Source of the DNA: a virus
Taxonomy: Duplodnaviria; Heunggongvirae; Uroviricota; Caudoviricetes
Reading direction: 5' to 3' (one strand)
DNA length: 41,023 bases
IMG/VR virus record: IMGVR_UViG_2690316062_000001
Coordinates: 1-41,023 of that record
Numbering within the stretch: position 1 is the stretch's first letter; each line of letters begins with the position of its first letter. Shown here in pieces: positions 30,190 to 38,310 of the stretch. Both the position numbers and the translations under genes were made by a program. Under the pieces are notes generated by a model. It did no database searches. It was given only the letters and a program-made list of their open reading frames with translations, and was not told where the DNA came from.

Positions 30190-30698
30190 TTCATAATGGA
30201 AAATTCTTAATTGATAGTAATGTCTTCATAGAGGCAAAAAACTTTGCATATAACTTCAATTATTGCAAAATATTTTGGGATTTTCTTCTCGCTTTACACA
30301 TTAATGGTCTGATTTATAGCATTAATGCTGTAAAAAAAGAACTATGTGCAAAAGATGATCCATTGTGTAAATGGATTAAAGAAGAGTTACCATCATCATT
30401 CTTCGAAGATGAGCATAGTTCAATAGAAAATTATGCAAAGTTAATAAATTGGTCAACTAAATTAGATGTTACCGAAAAGGCAAAGTTTGATTTTGCAAGC
30501 CATGAAAAAGCAGATGCTTTTTTAATAGCCCATGCGATGACACATGGATATACTATTATTACCCATGAGAAACCATCCGGTGGCAAACCTAAAAAAAGAA
30601 TAATGATCCCGGATGCTGCTGCTTCTCACGGCGTTAAGACATTAACACTATATGAATTTCTTCCAAGATACGCTAGTCATAATTTTTCTTTGAAATAA
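30186..30698 (+). CDS. PIN-like nuclease domain protein (DUF4411 family)
   Basis: ATGA start/stop overlap with upstream gene; N-terminal FLIDSNVFIEAKN PIN-like strand with Asp; further acidic residues spaced as in PIN folds; ...IAHAMTHGYTIITHE. Confidence 0.7.
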   Translation: MIHNGKFLIDSNVFIEAKNFAYNFNYCKIFWDFLLALHINGLIYSINAVKKELCAKDDPLCKWIKEELPSSFFEDEHSSIENYAKLINWSTKLDVTEKAKFDFASHEKADAFLIAHAMTHGYTIITHEKPSGGKPKKRIMIPDAAASHGVKTLTLYEFLPRYASHNFSLK

Positions 30699-30703
30699 AA
30701 CGT

Positions 30704-30730
30704 CCCGGCCACCGTGCCGGGTTTTCTTTT
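30704..30730 (+). terminator. Rho-independent terminator ending the cI-cassette operon
   Basis: CCCGGC-caccgt-GCCGGG followed by TTTTCTTTT, 6 nt after the stop at 30698. Confidence 0.7.
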
Positions 30731-30860
30731 GCCTCCCCTCATCACACACACCGTTCAAAAAACCACCACAACCCCGCTTCAGTTATCGCTATGCGATGCA
30801 AGTCACAAAATTAATTCTTTTTGCTATCAAATATTTAATATCAAAACACATCTAGCAATA

Positions 30861-30889
30861 GCAATAAGTATTGATATCATCAATAGCAA
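30861..30889 (+). promoter_or_regulatory. PL-like promoter with operator-like repeats
   Basis: TTGATA-17 nt-TATTAT; spacer and flank carry AGCAATAGCAATA / CAATAGCAATAGC, the same motif as in the cro-cI intergenic region. Confidence 0.45.
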
Positions 30890-31176
30890 TAGCTATTATC
30901 ACCATGTCGCAACAACACAACGATACGGCAATCACCTGATTCACCGTTGCGATGACCGCTTAGATCCGCAGCTTGAATTTCAGCAGGCTCCGGGGAGTGC
31001 GAGGGGTGAAGCGGACGCGTGAACGTCGGTGTGACCAGCTGAAATCAACTCAACACTTCATACCTTAGTCGCTTCAACGAGGCGGCTTAGTTATGACAAC
31101 CGGCGGCCATCCACCGCCTGAATACGCGCAGAAGTCTCTATATGTTCAGCAGCCCAGCTTACGGGCAGGAGTTTTT

Positions 31177-31383
31177 ATGGTTCATCAACATTACGGAACG
31201 CAGACCGTTAATCGCGGCGCGGTCATGCCAGGAATGCTGGTCAAACACAAAGATGGTACCTGGACTGCATCAGCTAATTTACGCGGACGGCTTTATCTGC
31301 ATCGCGGCATCGAGCGCACTTATACCCGTGATTTGCTCGTGGAAGTTTTTCTCGACGGACGCGGTAACGGCCTGAATCACTAA
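31177..31383 (+). CDS. Hypothetical early protein (kil/cIII position)
   Basis: 68-codon ORF starting at ATG with CAGGAG 7 nt upstream (MVHQHYGTQTVNRGAV...); the longer 31093 start lacks an RBS. Confidence 0.35.
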   Translation: MVHQHYGTQTVNRGAVMPGMLVKHKDGTWTASANLRGRLYLHRGIERTYTRDLLVEVFLDGRGNGLNH

Positions 31384-31459
31384 CCCCCCTTTCCTGTTTT
31401 CCTAATCAGCCTGGCATTTCGCGGGCGCTATTTTCACAGCCATTTTCAGGAGTTCAGCC

Positions 31460-31756
31460 ATGAACGCTTATTACATTCAGGATCGTCTTGAGGCTCAGAG
31501 CTGGGCGCGTCACTACCAGCAGATCGCCCGTGAAGAGAAAGAGGCAGAACTGGCAGACGACATGGAAAAAGGCCTACCCCAGCATTTGTTTGAATCGCTC
31601 TGCATCGATCATTTACAACGCTGCGGGGCCAGCAAAAAAGCCATTACCCGTGCATTTGATGACGATGTTGAGTTTCAGGAGCGCATGGCAGAACACATCC
31701 GGTACATGGTTGAAACCATTGCTCACCATCAGGTTGATATTGATTCAGAGGTATAA
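31460..31756 (+). CDS. gam: Gam, RecBCD inhibitor (short GamS-length form)
   Basis: 98-aa [63 protein letters not shown]..., recalled as near-identical to lambda GamS. Confidence 0.9.
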   Translation: MNAYYIQDRLEAQSWARHYQQIAREEKEAELADDMEKGLPQHLFESLCIDHLQRCGASKKAITRAFDDDVEFQERMAEHIRYMVETIAHHQVDIDSEV

Positions 31757-31761
31757 AACGG

Positions 31762-32547
31762 ATGAGTACAGCACTCGCAACGCTGGCTGGGAAGCTGGCT
31801 GAACGTGTCGGCATGGATTCTGTCGACCCACAGGAACTGATCACCACTCTTCGCCAGACGGCATTTAAAGGTGATGCCAGCGATGCGCAGTTCATCGCAT
31901 TGTTGATCGTCGCCAACCAGTACGGCCTTAATCCGTGGACGAAAGAAATTTACGCCTTCCCTGATAAGCAGAACGGCATCGTTCCGGTGGTGGGCGTTGA
32001 TGGCTGGTCCCGCATCATCAATGAAAACCAGCAGTTTGATGGTATGGACTTTGAGCAGGACAATGAATCCTGCACATGCCGGATTTACCGCAAGGACCGC
32101 AATCATCCGATCTGCGTTACCGAGTGGATGGATGAATGCCGCCGCGAACCATTCAAAACCCGCGAAGGCAGAGAAATCACCGGACCGTGGCAGTCGCATC
32201 CCAAACGGATGTTACGTCATAAAGCCATGATTCAGTGTGCCCGTCTGGCCTTCGGATTTGCTGGTATCTATGACAAGGATGAAGCCGAGCGCATTGTCGA
32301 AAATACCGCATACACTGCAGAACGTCAGCCGGAACGCGACATCACTCCGGTTAACGATGAAACCATGCAGGAGATTAACACTCTGCTGATCGCCCTGGAT
32401 AAAACATGGGATGACGACTTATTGCCGCTCTGTTCCCAGATATTTCGCCGCGACATTCGCGCATCGTCAGAACTGACACAGGCCGAAGCAGTGAAAGCTC
32501 TTGGATTCCTGAAACAGAAAGCCACTGAGCAGAAGGTGGCAGCATGA
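31762..32547 (+). CDS. bet: Bet (Red-beta) single-strand annealing protein
   Basis: 261-aa [69 protein letters not shown]..., matches recalled lambda Bet. Confidence 0.95.
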   Translation: MSTALATLAGKLAERVGMDSVDPQELITTLRQTAFKGDASDAQFIALLIVANQYGLNPWTKEIYAFPDKQNGIVPVVGVDGWSRIINENQQFDGMDFEQDNESCTCRIYRKDRNHPICVTEWMDECRREPFKTREGREITGPWQSHPKRMLRHKAMIQCARLAFGFAGIYDKDEAERIVENTAYTAERQPERDITPVNDETMQEINTLLIALDKTWDDDLLPLCSQIFRRDIRASSELTQAEAVKALGFLKQKATEQKVAA

Positions 32548-33224
32548 CACCGGACATTATCCTGCAGCGTACCGGGATCGACGTAAGAGCTGTCGAACAG
32601 GGGGATGATGCATGGCACAAATTACGGCTCGGCGTCATCACCGCTTCAGAAGTTCACAACGTGATAGCAAAGCCCCGCTCAGGAAAGAAGTGGCCTGACA
32701 TGAAAATGTCCTACTTCCACACCCTGCTGGCTGAGGTTTGCACCGGTGTGGCTCCGGAAGTTAATGCTAAGGCGCTGGCATGGGGAAAACAGTACGAGAA
32801 CGACGCCAGAACCCTGTTTGAGTTCACTTCCGGCGTGAATGTTATTGAATCCCCGATCATCTATCGCGACGAAAGTATGCGTACCGCCTGCTCTCCCGAT
32901 GGTTTATGCAGTGACGGCAATGGCCTTGAGCTGAAATGCCCGTTTACCTCCCGGGATTTCATGAAGTTCCGGCTCGGTGGTTTCGAGGCCATAAAGTCGG
33001 CTTACATGGCCCAGGTGCAGTACAGCATGTGGGTGACACGAAAAGATGCCTGGTACTTTGCCAACTATGACCCGCGTATGAAGCGTGAAGGACTGCATTA
33101 TGTCGTGGTTGAGCGGGATGAAAAGTACATGGCGAGTTTTGACGAGATGGTGCCGGAGTTCATCGAAAAAATGGACGAGGCACTGGCTGAAATTGGTTTT
33201 GTATTTGGGGAGCAATGGCGATGA
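32544..33224 (+). CDS. exo: Exo (lambda exonuclease)
   Basis: 226-aa [47 protein letters not shown]..., matches recalled lambda Exo; ATGA overlap with bet. Confidence 0.95.
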   Translation: MTPDIILQRTGIDVRAVEQGDDAWHKLRLGVITASEVHNVIAKPRSGKKWPDMKMSYFHTLLAEVCTGVAPEVNAKALAWGKQYENDARTLFEFTSGVNVIESPIIYRDESMRTACSPDGLCSDGNGLELKCPFTSRDFMKFRLGGFEAIKSAYMAQVQYSMWVTRKDAWYFANYDPRMKREGLHYVVVERDEKYMASFDEMVPEFIEKMDEALAEIGFVFGEQWR

Positions 33225-33403
33225 CGCATCCTCACGATAATATCCGCGTAGGCACGATCACTTTCGTCTACTCCGTTACGAAGCGAGGCTGGGTATTTCC
33301 CGGCCTTTCTGTTATCCGAAATCCCCTGAAAGCACAGCGGCTGGCTGAGGAGATAAATAATAAACGGGGAGCTGTATGCACAAAGCTTCTCCCGTTGAGT
33401 TAA
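33215..33403 (+). CDS. Hypothetical protein
   Basis: 62-aa ORF overlapping the exo stop; no recognisable motif. Confidence 0.3.
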   Translation: MAMTHPHDNIRVGTITFVYSVTKRGWVFPGLSVIRNPLKAQRLAEEINNKRGAVCTKLLPLS

Positions 33404-33567
33404 GAACGAGTATCGAGATGGCACATAGCCTCGCTCAAATTGGAGTCAGGTTTGTGCCAATACCAGTAGAAACAGACGAAGAATTTCATACGTTAGCCGC
33501 ATCCCTTTCACAAAAGCTGGAAATGATGGTGGCGAAAGCAGAAGCAGATGAGAGAGACCAGGTATGA
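33376..33567 (+). CDS. Hypothetical protein (lambda b-region orf63-like)
   Basis: 63-aa acidic [26 protein letters not shown]... Confidence 0.45.
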   Translation: MHKASPVELRTSIEMAHSLAQIGVRFVPIPVETDEEFHTLAASLSQKLEMMVAKAEADERDQV

Positions 33568-33647
33568 CAACCACTGAATGCATTTTTCTGGCAGCGGGCT
33601 TCATATTCTGTGTGCTTATGCTTGCCGACATGGGGCTTGTTCAATGA
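33564..33647 (+). CDS. Candidate small hydrophobic peptide (27 aa)
   Basis: MTTTECIFLAAGFIFCVLMLADMGLVQ; ATGA-type overlaps at both ends (with 33376-33567 and 33644-33859). Confidence 0.25.
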   Translation: MTTTECIFLAAGFIFCVLMLADMGLVQ

Positions 33648-33859
33648 CACCTCAGCAAGAAAACGCCCTTCGCAGCATTGCCCGTCAGGCTAATTCTGAA
33701 ATCAAAAAAGCCAGACAGCAGTTTCCGGATAATAACGTCGATGACATTTGCCGTAGCGTACTAAAGAAGCACCGCGAAACGGTAATGCTGATGGGATTCA
33801 CACCGACTCATTTAAGCCTGGCGATCGGCATGTTGAACGGCGTCTTTAAGGAACGGTGA
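33644..33859 (+). CDS. Hypothetical protein
   Basis: Start at internal Met MTPQQENALRSIARQ... of the 33578 ORF, overlapping the small-peptide stop. Confidence 0.4.
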   Translation: MTPQQENALRSIARQANSEIKKARQQFPDNNVDDICRSVLKKHRETVMLMGFTPTHLSLAIGMLNGVFKER

Positions 33860-33957
33860 ACATGAAAAGCAAAATCATCAGGGAGCTACAGGCTCCTTTT
33901 TTATTATTCGCATTTACCCTCAAGCGTATTAACCAACAATTCAGGGATTAATGAAAG

Positions 33958-34176
33958 ATGGCAGACATCATTGATTCAGCATCAGAAATCGAAGAATTAC
34001 AGCGCAATACAGCAATAAAAATGCGTCGTCTGAACTACCAGACTGTATCCGCAACTCATTGTTGTGAGTGTGGCGATCCGATAGATGAGCGAAGACGCCT
34101 GGCTGTTCAGGGTTGTCGGACTTGTGCGAGTTGCCAGGAGGAGATCGAACTTAAGAACAAACAATGGGGACTGTGA
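33958..34176 (+). CDS. TraR/DksA-family C4 zinc-finger protein
   Basis: 72-aa ORF with CxxC...CxxC (CCECGDPIDERRRLAVQGCRTCASC). Confidence 0.75.
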   Translation: MADIIDSASEIEELQRNTAIKMRRLNYQTVSATHCCECGDPIDERRRLAVQGCRTCASCQEEIELKNKQWGL

Positions 34177-34223
34177 TGGCCTCAAAGCAGCAAATTTCAA
34201 CATCGTCCAACTGAGGTGTAAAA

Positions 34224-34502
34224 ATGTTCAGAATCATTTTTCCTAACACCTGGTACGTCGACCACCACGGCACTCCCTGCAAAATCCTGCGTTCTACCCA
34301 CAACAAAGTTCACTACATCCGAAAAGGCAGAACATGTATCGCCAGCATGTTCCGCTTTAATCATGACTTTGAACCTGTGAATAAAGCTGATGCAGATCGG
34401 ATAGCAGAAGAGATCGAAACGGCAGAACACATTAAGAAGTTACGTGACATGCGTTCAAAAAGCAGAGGTAACCATGGAATCATACAGCCTCACACTCGAT
34501 GA
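34224..34502 (+). CDS. Hypothetical protein
   Basis: 92-aa ORF upstream of xis; basic. Confidence 0.35.
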   Translation: MFRIIFPNTWYVDHHGTPCKILRSTHNKVHYIRKGRTCIASMFRFNHDFEPVNKADADRIAEEIETAEHIKKLRDMRSKSRGNHGIIQPHTR

Positions 34503-34824
34503 GGCCTGTCAGTTTCTTAAGATATCCAGACCAACCGCCACCAACTGGATACGAACAGGCCGCCTACAGGCAACACGCAAAGACCCCACTAAACTAAAAT
34601 CTCCTTACCTCACAACACGACAAGCCTGCATTGCGGCGCTTCAGTCTCCGCTGCATACTGTCCAGGTGAGCGCGGGTGATGGCATAACAGAGGAAAGAAA
34701 ATGTCACTCTTCCGCAGAGGTGAAATATGGTACGCCAGTTTCACATTGCCGAACGGTAAAAGATTTAAACAGTCTCTTGGAACAAAGGACAAAAGGCAGG
34801 CGACAGAGCTCCATGACAAGCTAA
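34474..34824 (+). CDS. xis: Excisionase (P22 Xis-like)
   Basis: 116-aa product from [32 protein letters not shown] (HTH); overlaps the int start by about 120 nt. Confidence 0.65.
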   Translation: MESYSLTLDEACQFLKISRPTATNWIRTGRLQATRKDPTKLKSPYLTTRQACIAALQSPLHTVQVSAGDGITEERKCHSSAEVKYGTPVSHCRTVKDLNSLLEQRTKGRRQSSMTS

Positions 34825-35864
34825 AGGCTGAAGCATGGCGGGTCAGCAAACTTGGTGAAATACCTGATATGACGTTCGAGGAGGCGTGTATCAGGTGGCT
34901 CGAAGAGAAAGCACATAAAAAATCACTGGACGATGACAAAAGCCGGATCGGATTCTGGCTTCAACATTTCGCAGGAATGCAACTAAGAGACATTACTGAA
35001 TCAAAAATTTATTCAGCAATGCAGAAAATGACGAACCGGCGTCATGAGGAAAACTGGAAACTCAGGGCAGAAGCATGCAGAAAAAAAGGGAAACCAGTTC
35101 CAGAATACACGCCAAAACCAGCGTCCGTTGCAACGAAGGCTACGCATCTTTCATTTATAAAGGCCCTGCTAAGAGCCGCAGAGCGTGAATGGAAAATGCT
35201 GGATAAGGCACCAATTATTAAAGTGCCTCAACCAAAGAATAAACGGATCCGCTGGCTGGAGCCCCATGAAGCACAAAGGCTGATTGATGAATGTCCGGAG
35301 CCATTAAAGTCTGTTGTTGAATTTGCACTGGCAACAGGCTTAAGACGCTCGAACATCATCAACCTTGAATGGCAACAAATAGATATGCAGCGCCGGGTGG
35401 CATGGATAAACCCGGAAGAGAGTAAATCAAACCGCGCAATTGGCGTTGCGCTGAATGATACTGCATGTCGCGTATTGAAAAAACAAATCGGGAATCATCA
35501 CCGTTGGGTATTTGTGTACAAGGAAAGCTGTACCAAACCAGACGGAACGAAAGCGCCAACAGTAAGGAAGATGCGGTATGACGCAAACACAGCCTGGAAA
35601 GCAGCGCTGAGACGGGCTGGTATTGATGATTTCAGATTTCACGACTTGAGACACACCTGGGCAAGTTGGCTGGTTCAAGCCGGAGTCCCGTTGTCAGTGT
35701 TACAGGAAATGGGAGGCTGGGAGTCTATCGAAATGGTTCGTCGATATGCTCACCTTGCACCTAATCACCTTACCGAACACGCACGGCAAATAGACTCGAT
35801 CCTGAACCCATCGGTCCCAAATTCGTCCCAGTCAAAAAATAAGGAAGGTACTAATGATGTGTAA
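34701..35864 (+). CDS. int: Tyrosine integrase (P22/DLP12 Int-like)
   Basis: 387-aa [45 protein letters not shown]...; catalytic-domain motifs ...[10 protein letters not shown]...RYAHL; stop 16 bp from the att core. Confidence 0.9.
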   Translation: MSLFRRGEIWYASFTLPNGKRFKQSLGTKDKRQATELHDKLKAEAWRVSKLGEIPDMTFEEACIRWLEEKAHKKSLDDDKSRIGFWLQHFAGMQLRDITESKIYSAMQKMTNRRHEENWKLRAEACRKKGKPVPEYTPKPASVATKATHLSFIKALLRAAEREWKMLDKAPIIKVPQPKNKRIRWLEPHEAQRLIDECPEPLKSVVEFALATGLRRSNIINLEWQQIDMQRRVAWINPEESKSNRAIGVALNDTACRVLKKQIGNHHRWVFVYKESCTKPDGTKAPTVRKMRYDANTAWKAALRRAGIDDFRFHDLRHTWASWLVQAGVPLSVLQEMGGWESIEMVRRYAHLAPNHLTEHARQIDSILNPSVPNSSQSKNKEGTNDV

Positions 35865-35880
35865 CTTATTGATTTAAATG

Positions 35881-35928
35881 GTGCCGATAATAGGAGTCGA
35901 ACCTACGACCTTCGCATTACGAATGCGA
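35881..35928 (-). other. att core: 48-bp copy of the 3' end of tRNA-Thr(CGU) (thrW-type), not a complete tRNA
   Basis: Reverse complement GCATTCGTAATGCGAAGGTCGTAGGTTCGACTCCTATTATCGGCACC corresponds to anticodon loop (CGT), T-arm and acceptor 3' strand of tRNA-Thr; flanking sequence on the 5' side does not continue the tRNA. Confidence 0.7.
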
Positions 35929-36012
35929 AGTTTTTATATTTTAACTGCTTGAACAACCATCAGAAATCACAAATTTATCATTTTAAATCATAATATTAAA
36001 ACAAAAAACCTG

Positions 36013-36038
36013 TTGATGTAAATTGATGAGTGTTGATG
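36013..36038. repeat. Three TTGATG repeats phased at 10 bp upstream of second integrase
   Basis: TTGATG at 36013, 36023, 36033; similar GTTGAT / ATCAAC copies at 37416-37447 after the gene. Confidence 0.4.
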
Positions 36039-36110
36039 TTTATCCTTTCAATTTACTTACACCAGCCGTTACATTACTGTAAACCGTAATCCCCAACAGG
36101 AACCCTAAAA

Positions 36111-37430
36111 ATGGCGCTTTCAAGACAAAAACTAACCTTCGAACGAATTCGAAGATTTACTTTACCTGAAGGGAAAAACCAAGTTTTCCTTTGGGATACG
36201 GACGTAACAAGCTTGGCATGTCGAGCAACTCGTGGAGCAAAAGCCTTTGTATTCCAAAGCCTGTATGCGGGAAAAACCCTTCGCATGACCATTGGCAACA
36301 TTAACGATTGGAGGATTGATGATGCGAGGGCCGAAGCCAGGCGACTGCAAACATTAATCGATACTGGGATAGATCCGCGTATAGCTAAGGCGGAAAAAAT
36401 TGCTGAAGCGGAATCACAGCAGGCTGAATCTCGTAAAACGAAGGCAACCTTTTCAAGCGCTTGGGAAGATTATCTTGATGAATTGAGAACCGGAATCAGC
36501 GCAAAAACTAAACGCCCCTACTCTGCACGCTACATTGCCGATCACGTTAACTTGTCCAGTCGTGGAGGCGAAAGTAAAAAAAGAGGCCGGGGCCCAACCT
36601 CACCTGGGCCACTGGCTAGCCTGCTCGACCGACCATTATCAGAACTAACACCAGAGAACATTGCCGAATGGCTAAGTACAGAGAGACAAAATCGGCCTAC
36701 CGTCACTGCTCATGCCTACCGTCTGTTGCGTGCATTCATCAAATGGGCTAATTACCAGAAAAAATATCAGGGAATAATCCATGGCGATCTTGCACAAGAT
36801 CATAACGTGAGAAAAATGGTTCCAATATCAGCGAGCAAAGCGGGAGATTGCTTACAAAAAGAACAGCTCAAAAGCTGGTTCAGTGCCGTGCGTAGCCTCA
36901 ATAATCCCATTGCATCAGCCTATCTCCAAGTGCTTTTGCTCACCGGTGCACGGCGTGAAGAAATTTCCTCACTTCGCTGGTCTGACATAGATTTCAAATG
37001 GTCAAGCATGCGAATTAAAGACAAGATCGAAGGCGAGCGAATTATCCCCCTCACTCCCTATGTTTCTGACTTGTTACGCTCACTGATGGAGATCCCCAAT
37101 CGTGGTACAAACGAGGAGAATTGGGTTTTCAGAAGTAACAGCAAAAGTGGCAAAATTATTGAACCGCGTTCAGCACATAATAGAGCATTAACTCGCGCGG
37201 AGTTACCACATATCAGCTTGCACGGATTGCGCCGTAGTTTTGGGACCCTCGCTGAATGGGTCGAAGTACCAACAGGTATTGTTGCGCAGATTATGGGCCA
37301 TAAGCCTAGCGCTCTTGCTGAAAAGCACTATCGCCGCCGTCCATTAGATTTGCTAAGAAAATGGCATGAAAAAGTTGAATTATGGATCTTAGAAGAAGCA
37401 AAAATAAAAAACAACGTTGATAAGCGTTGA
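36111..37430 (+). CDS. Tyrosine integrase of second element (P4-type)
   Basis: 439-aa ORF; C-terminal LHGLRRSFGTLAEW...IMGHKPSALAEKHYRRR catalytic motifs (R, HxxR, Y). Confidence 0.85.
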   Translation: MALSRQKLTFERIRRFTLPEGKNQVFLWDTDVTSLACRATRGAKAFVFQSLYAGKTLRMTIGNINDWRIDDARAEARRLQTLIDTGIDPRIAKAEKIAEAESQQAESRKTKATFSSAWEDYLDELRTGISAKTKRPYSARYIADHVNLSSRGGESKKRGRGPTSPGPLASLLDRPLSELTPENIAEWLSTERQNRPTVTAHAYRLLRAFIKWANYQKKYQGIIHGDLAQDHNVRKMVPISASKAGDCLQKEQLKSWFSAVRSLNNPIASAYLQVLLLTGARREEISSLRWSDIDFKWSSMRIKDKIEGERIIPLTPYVSDLLRSLMEIPNRGTNEENWVFRSNSKSGKIIEPRSAHNRALTRAELPHISLHGLRRSFGTLAEWVEVPTGIVAQIMGHKPSALAEKHYRRRPLDLLRKWHEKVELWILEEAKIKNNVDKR

Positions 37431-37966
37431 TTTTATCAAATATCAACAACTTACATAAAATCACATGTGTTGACAGAAATTTTTTTTCAGTTATCTTTTA
37501 TTACTGCTAACTACATTCACTCACTAAGCAGGAGATTAACTACAGTGACTAACCCAATAACTGTATCAAGAGAAGACCGAAGTGCGGAAATCAGAGCGAG
37601 ATGGGGTTTACATCCGACTAAAAACAAAAGTTCTAATTTTTGGGAAACAACAATTCAGCGTTTTAATAATAGTAGTACTGACCGAATACTACCTCTTTGG
37701 CACCGTGTTTCAAAACTTTTAGTTGCTATTAGGAATGTAGTCAATACTATAACATGCCCTTTTCCACCAAAGGGGAATACTTCCCGCTCACGCCGAAGTT
37801 CAACAACGTCATCAAAAAACTCATCATCATCTTCATCGGATGGTAGTAGTAGCGACCCCGATCCCGATAGAGACCCCATATTCACCCCTTTTCATTTCAT
37901 TCTTTCATCTCTGTTAAAAACAATGATCGTCTTATTTGCCCACATATCAAATGTTGGGGTGATGAA

Positions 37967-38188
37967 ATGAGCGATATCAAACATCAAAAACCCTCTCAGT
38001 CACAACTAATTTCTACCCGCGAGTTAGCTAATATTATTGGCTATGAAGTACAAACTATTCGAGCTTGGCTTTGCAAAGACAAACTGCCTAATGGTTTACC
38101 GCGACCGAAGAAAATTAAAAACCGACATTATTGGTCACGTAAAGACATTGATAGATACCTATTAACCTTCTCAGTATATAGTAACTAA
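37967..38188 (+). CDS. AlpA/excisionase-like HTH DNA-binding protein
   Basis: 73-aa ORF LISTRELANIIGYEVQTIRAWL...; followed by perfect hairpin CCGGCTATTC-taaa-GAATAGCCGG at 38201-38224. Confidence 0.5.
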   Translation: MSDIKHQKPSQSQLISTRELANIIGYEVQTIRAWLCKDKLPNGLPRPKKIKNRHYWSRKDIDRYLLTFSVYSN

Positions 38189-38310
38189 TAGAGGCCTCCC
38201 CCGGCTATTCTAAAGAATAGCCGGGTTAGTTAATACAAACCTTCCATTAACAATGGGGGGAGATTAATACTATTTATCACATCTCACATTAACAAAATTC
38301 AAGGTCACAT

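Noticed and set aside
30714-31022. 102-aa plus-strand ORF spanning the terminator and PL-like region
   Set aside because: It begins inside the terminator hairpin and runs through the promoter and operator repeats; more parsimoniously non-coding control DNA.
31142-31375. Alternative-frame 77-aa ORF overlapping the kil-position gene
   Set aside because: No RBS and it overlaps a frame that has a good SD sequence; kept only the 31177-31383 reading, at low confidence.
35881-35928. Complete tRNA-Thr gene
   Set aside because: Only the 3' 48 nt match; the 5' half (D-arm and acceptor 5' strand) is absent and replaced by unrelated AT-rich sequence, so this is an att core, not a functional tRNA.
37467-37970. 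167-aa plus-strand ORF and overlapping 76-aa minus-strand ORF (37655-37885) after the second integrase
   Set aside because: Both translations are low-complexity (Ser/Thr or Asp/Glu runs); the plus ORF starts at a GTG inside a promoter-like TTGACA element. Cannot decide which, if either, is real.
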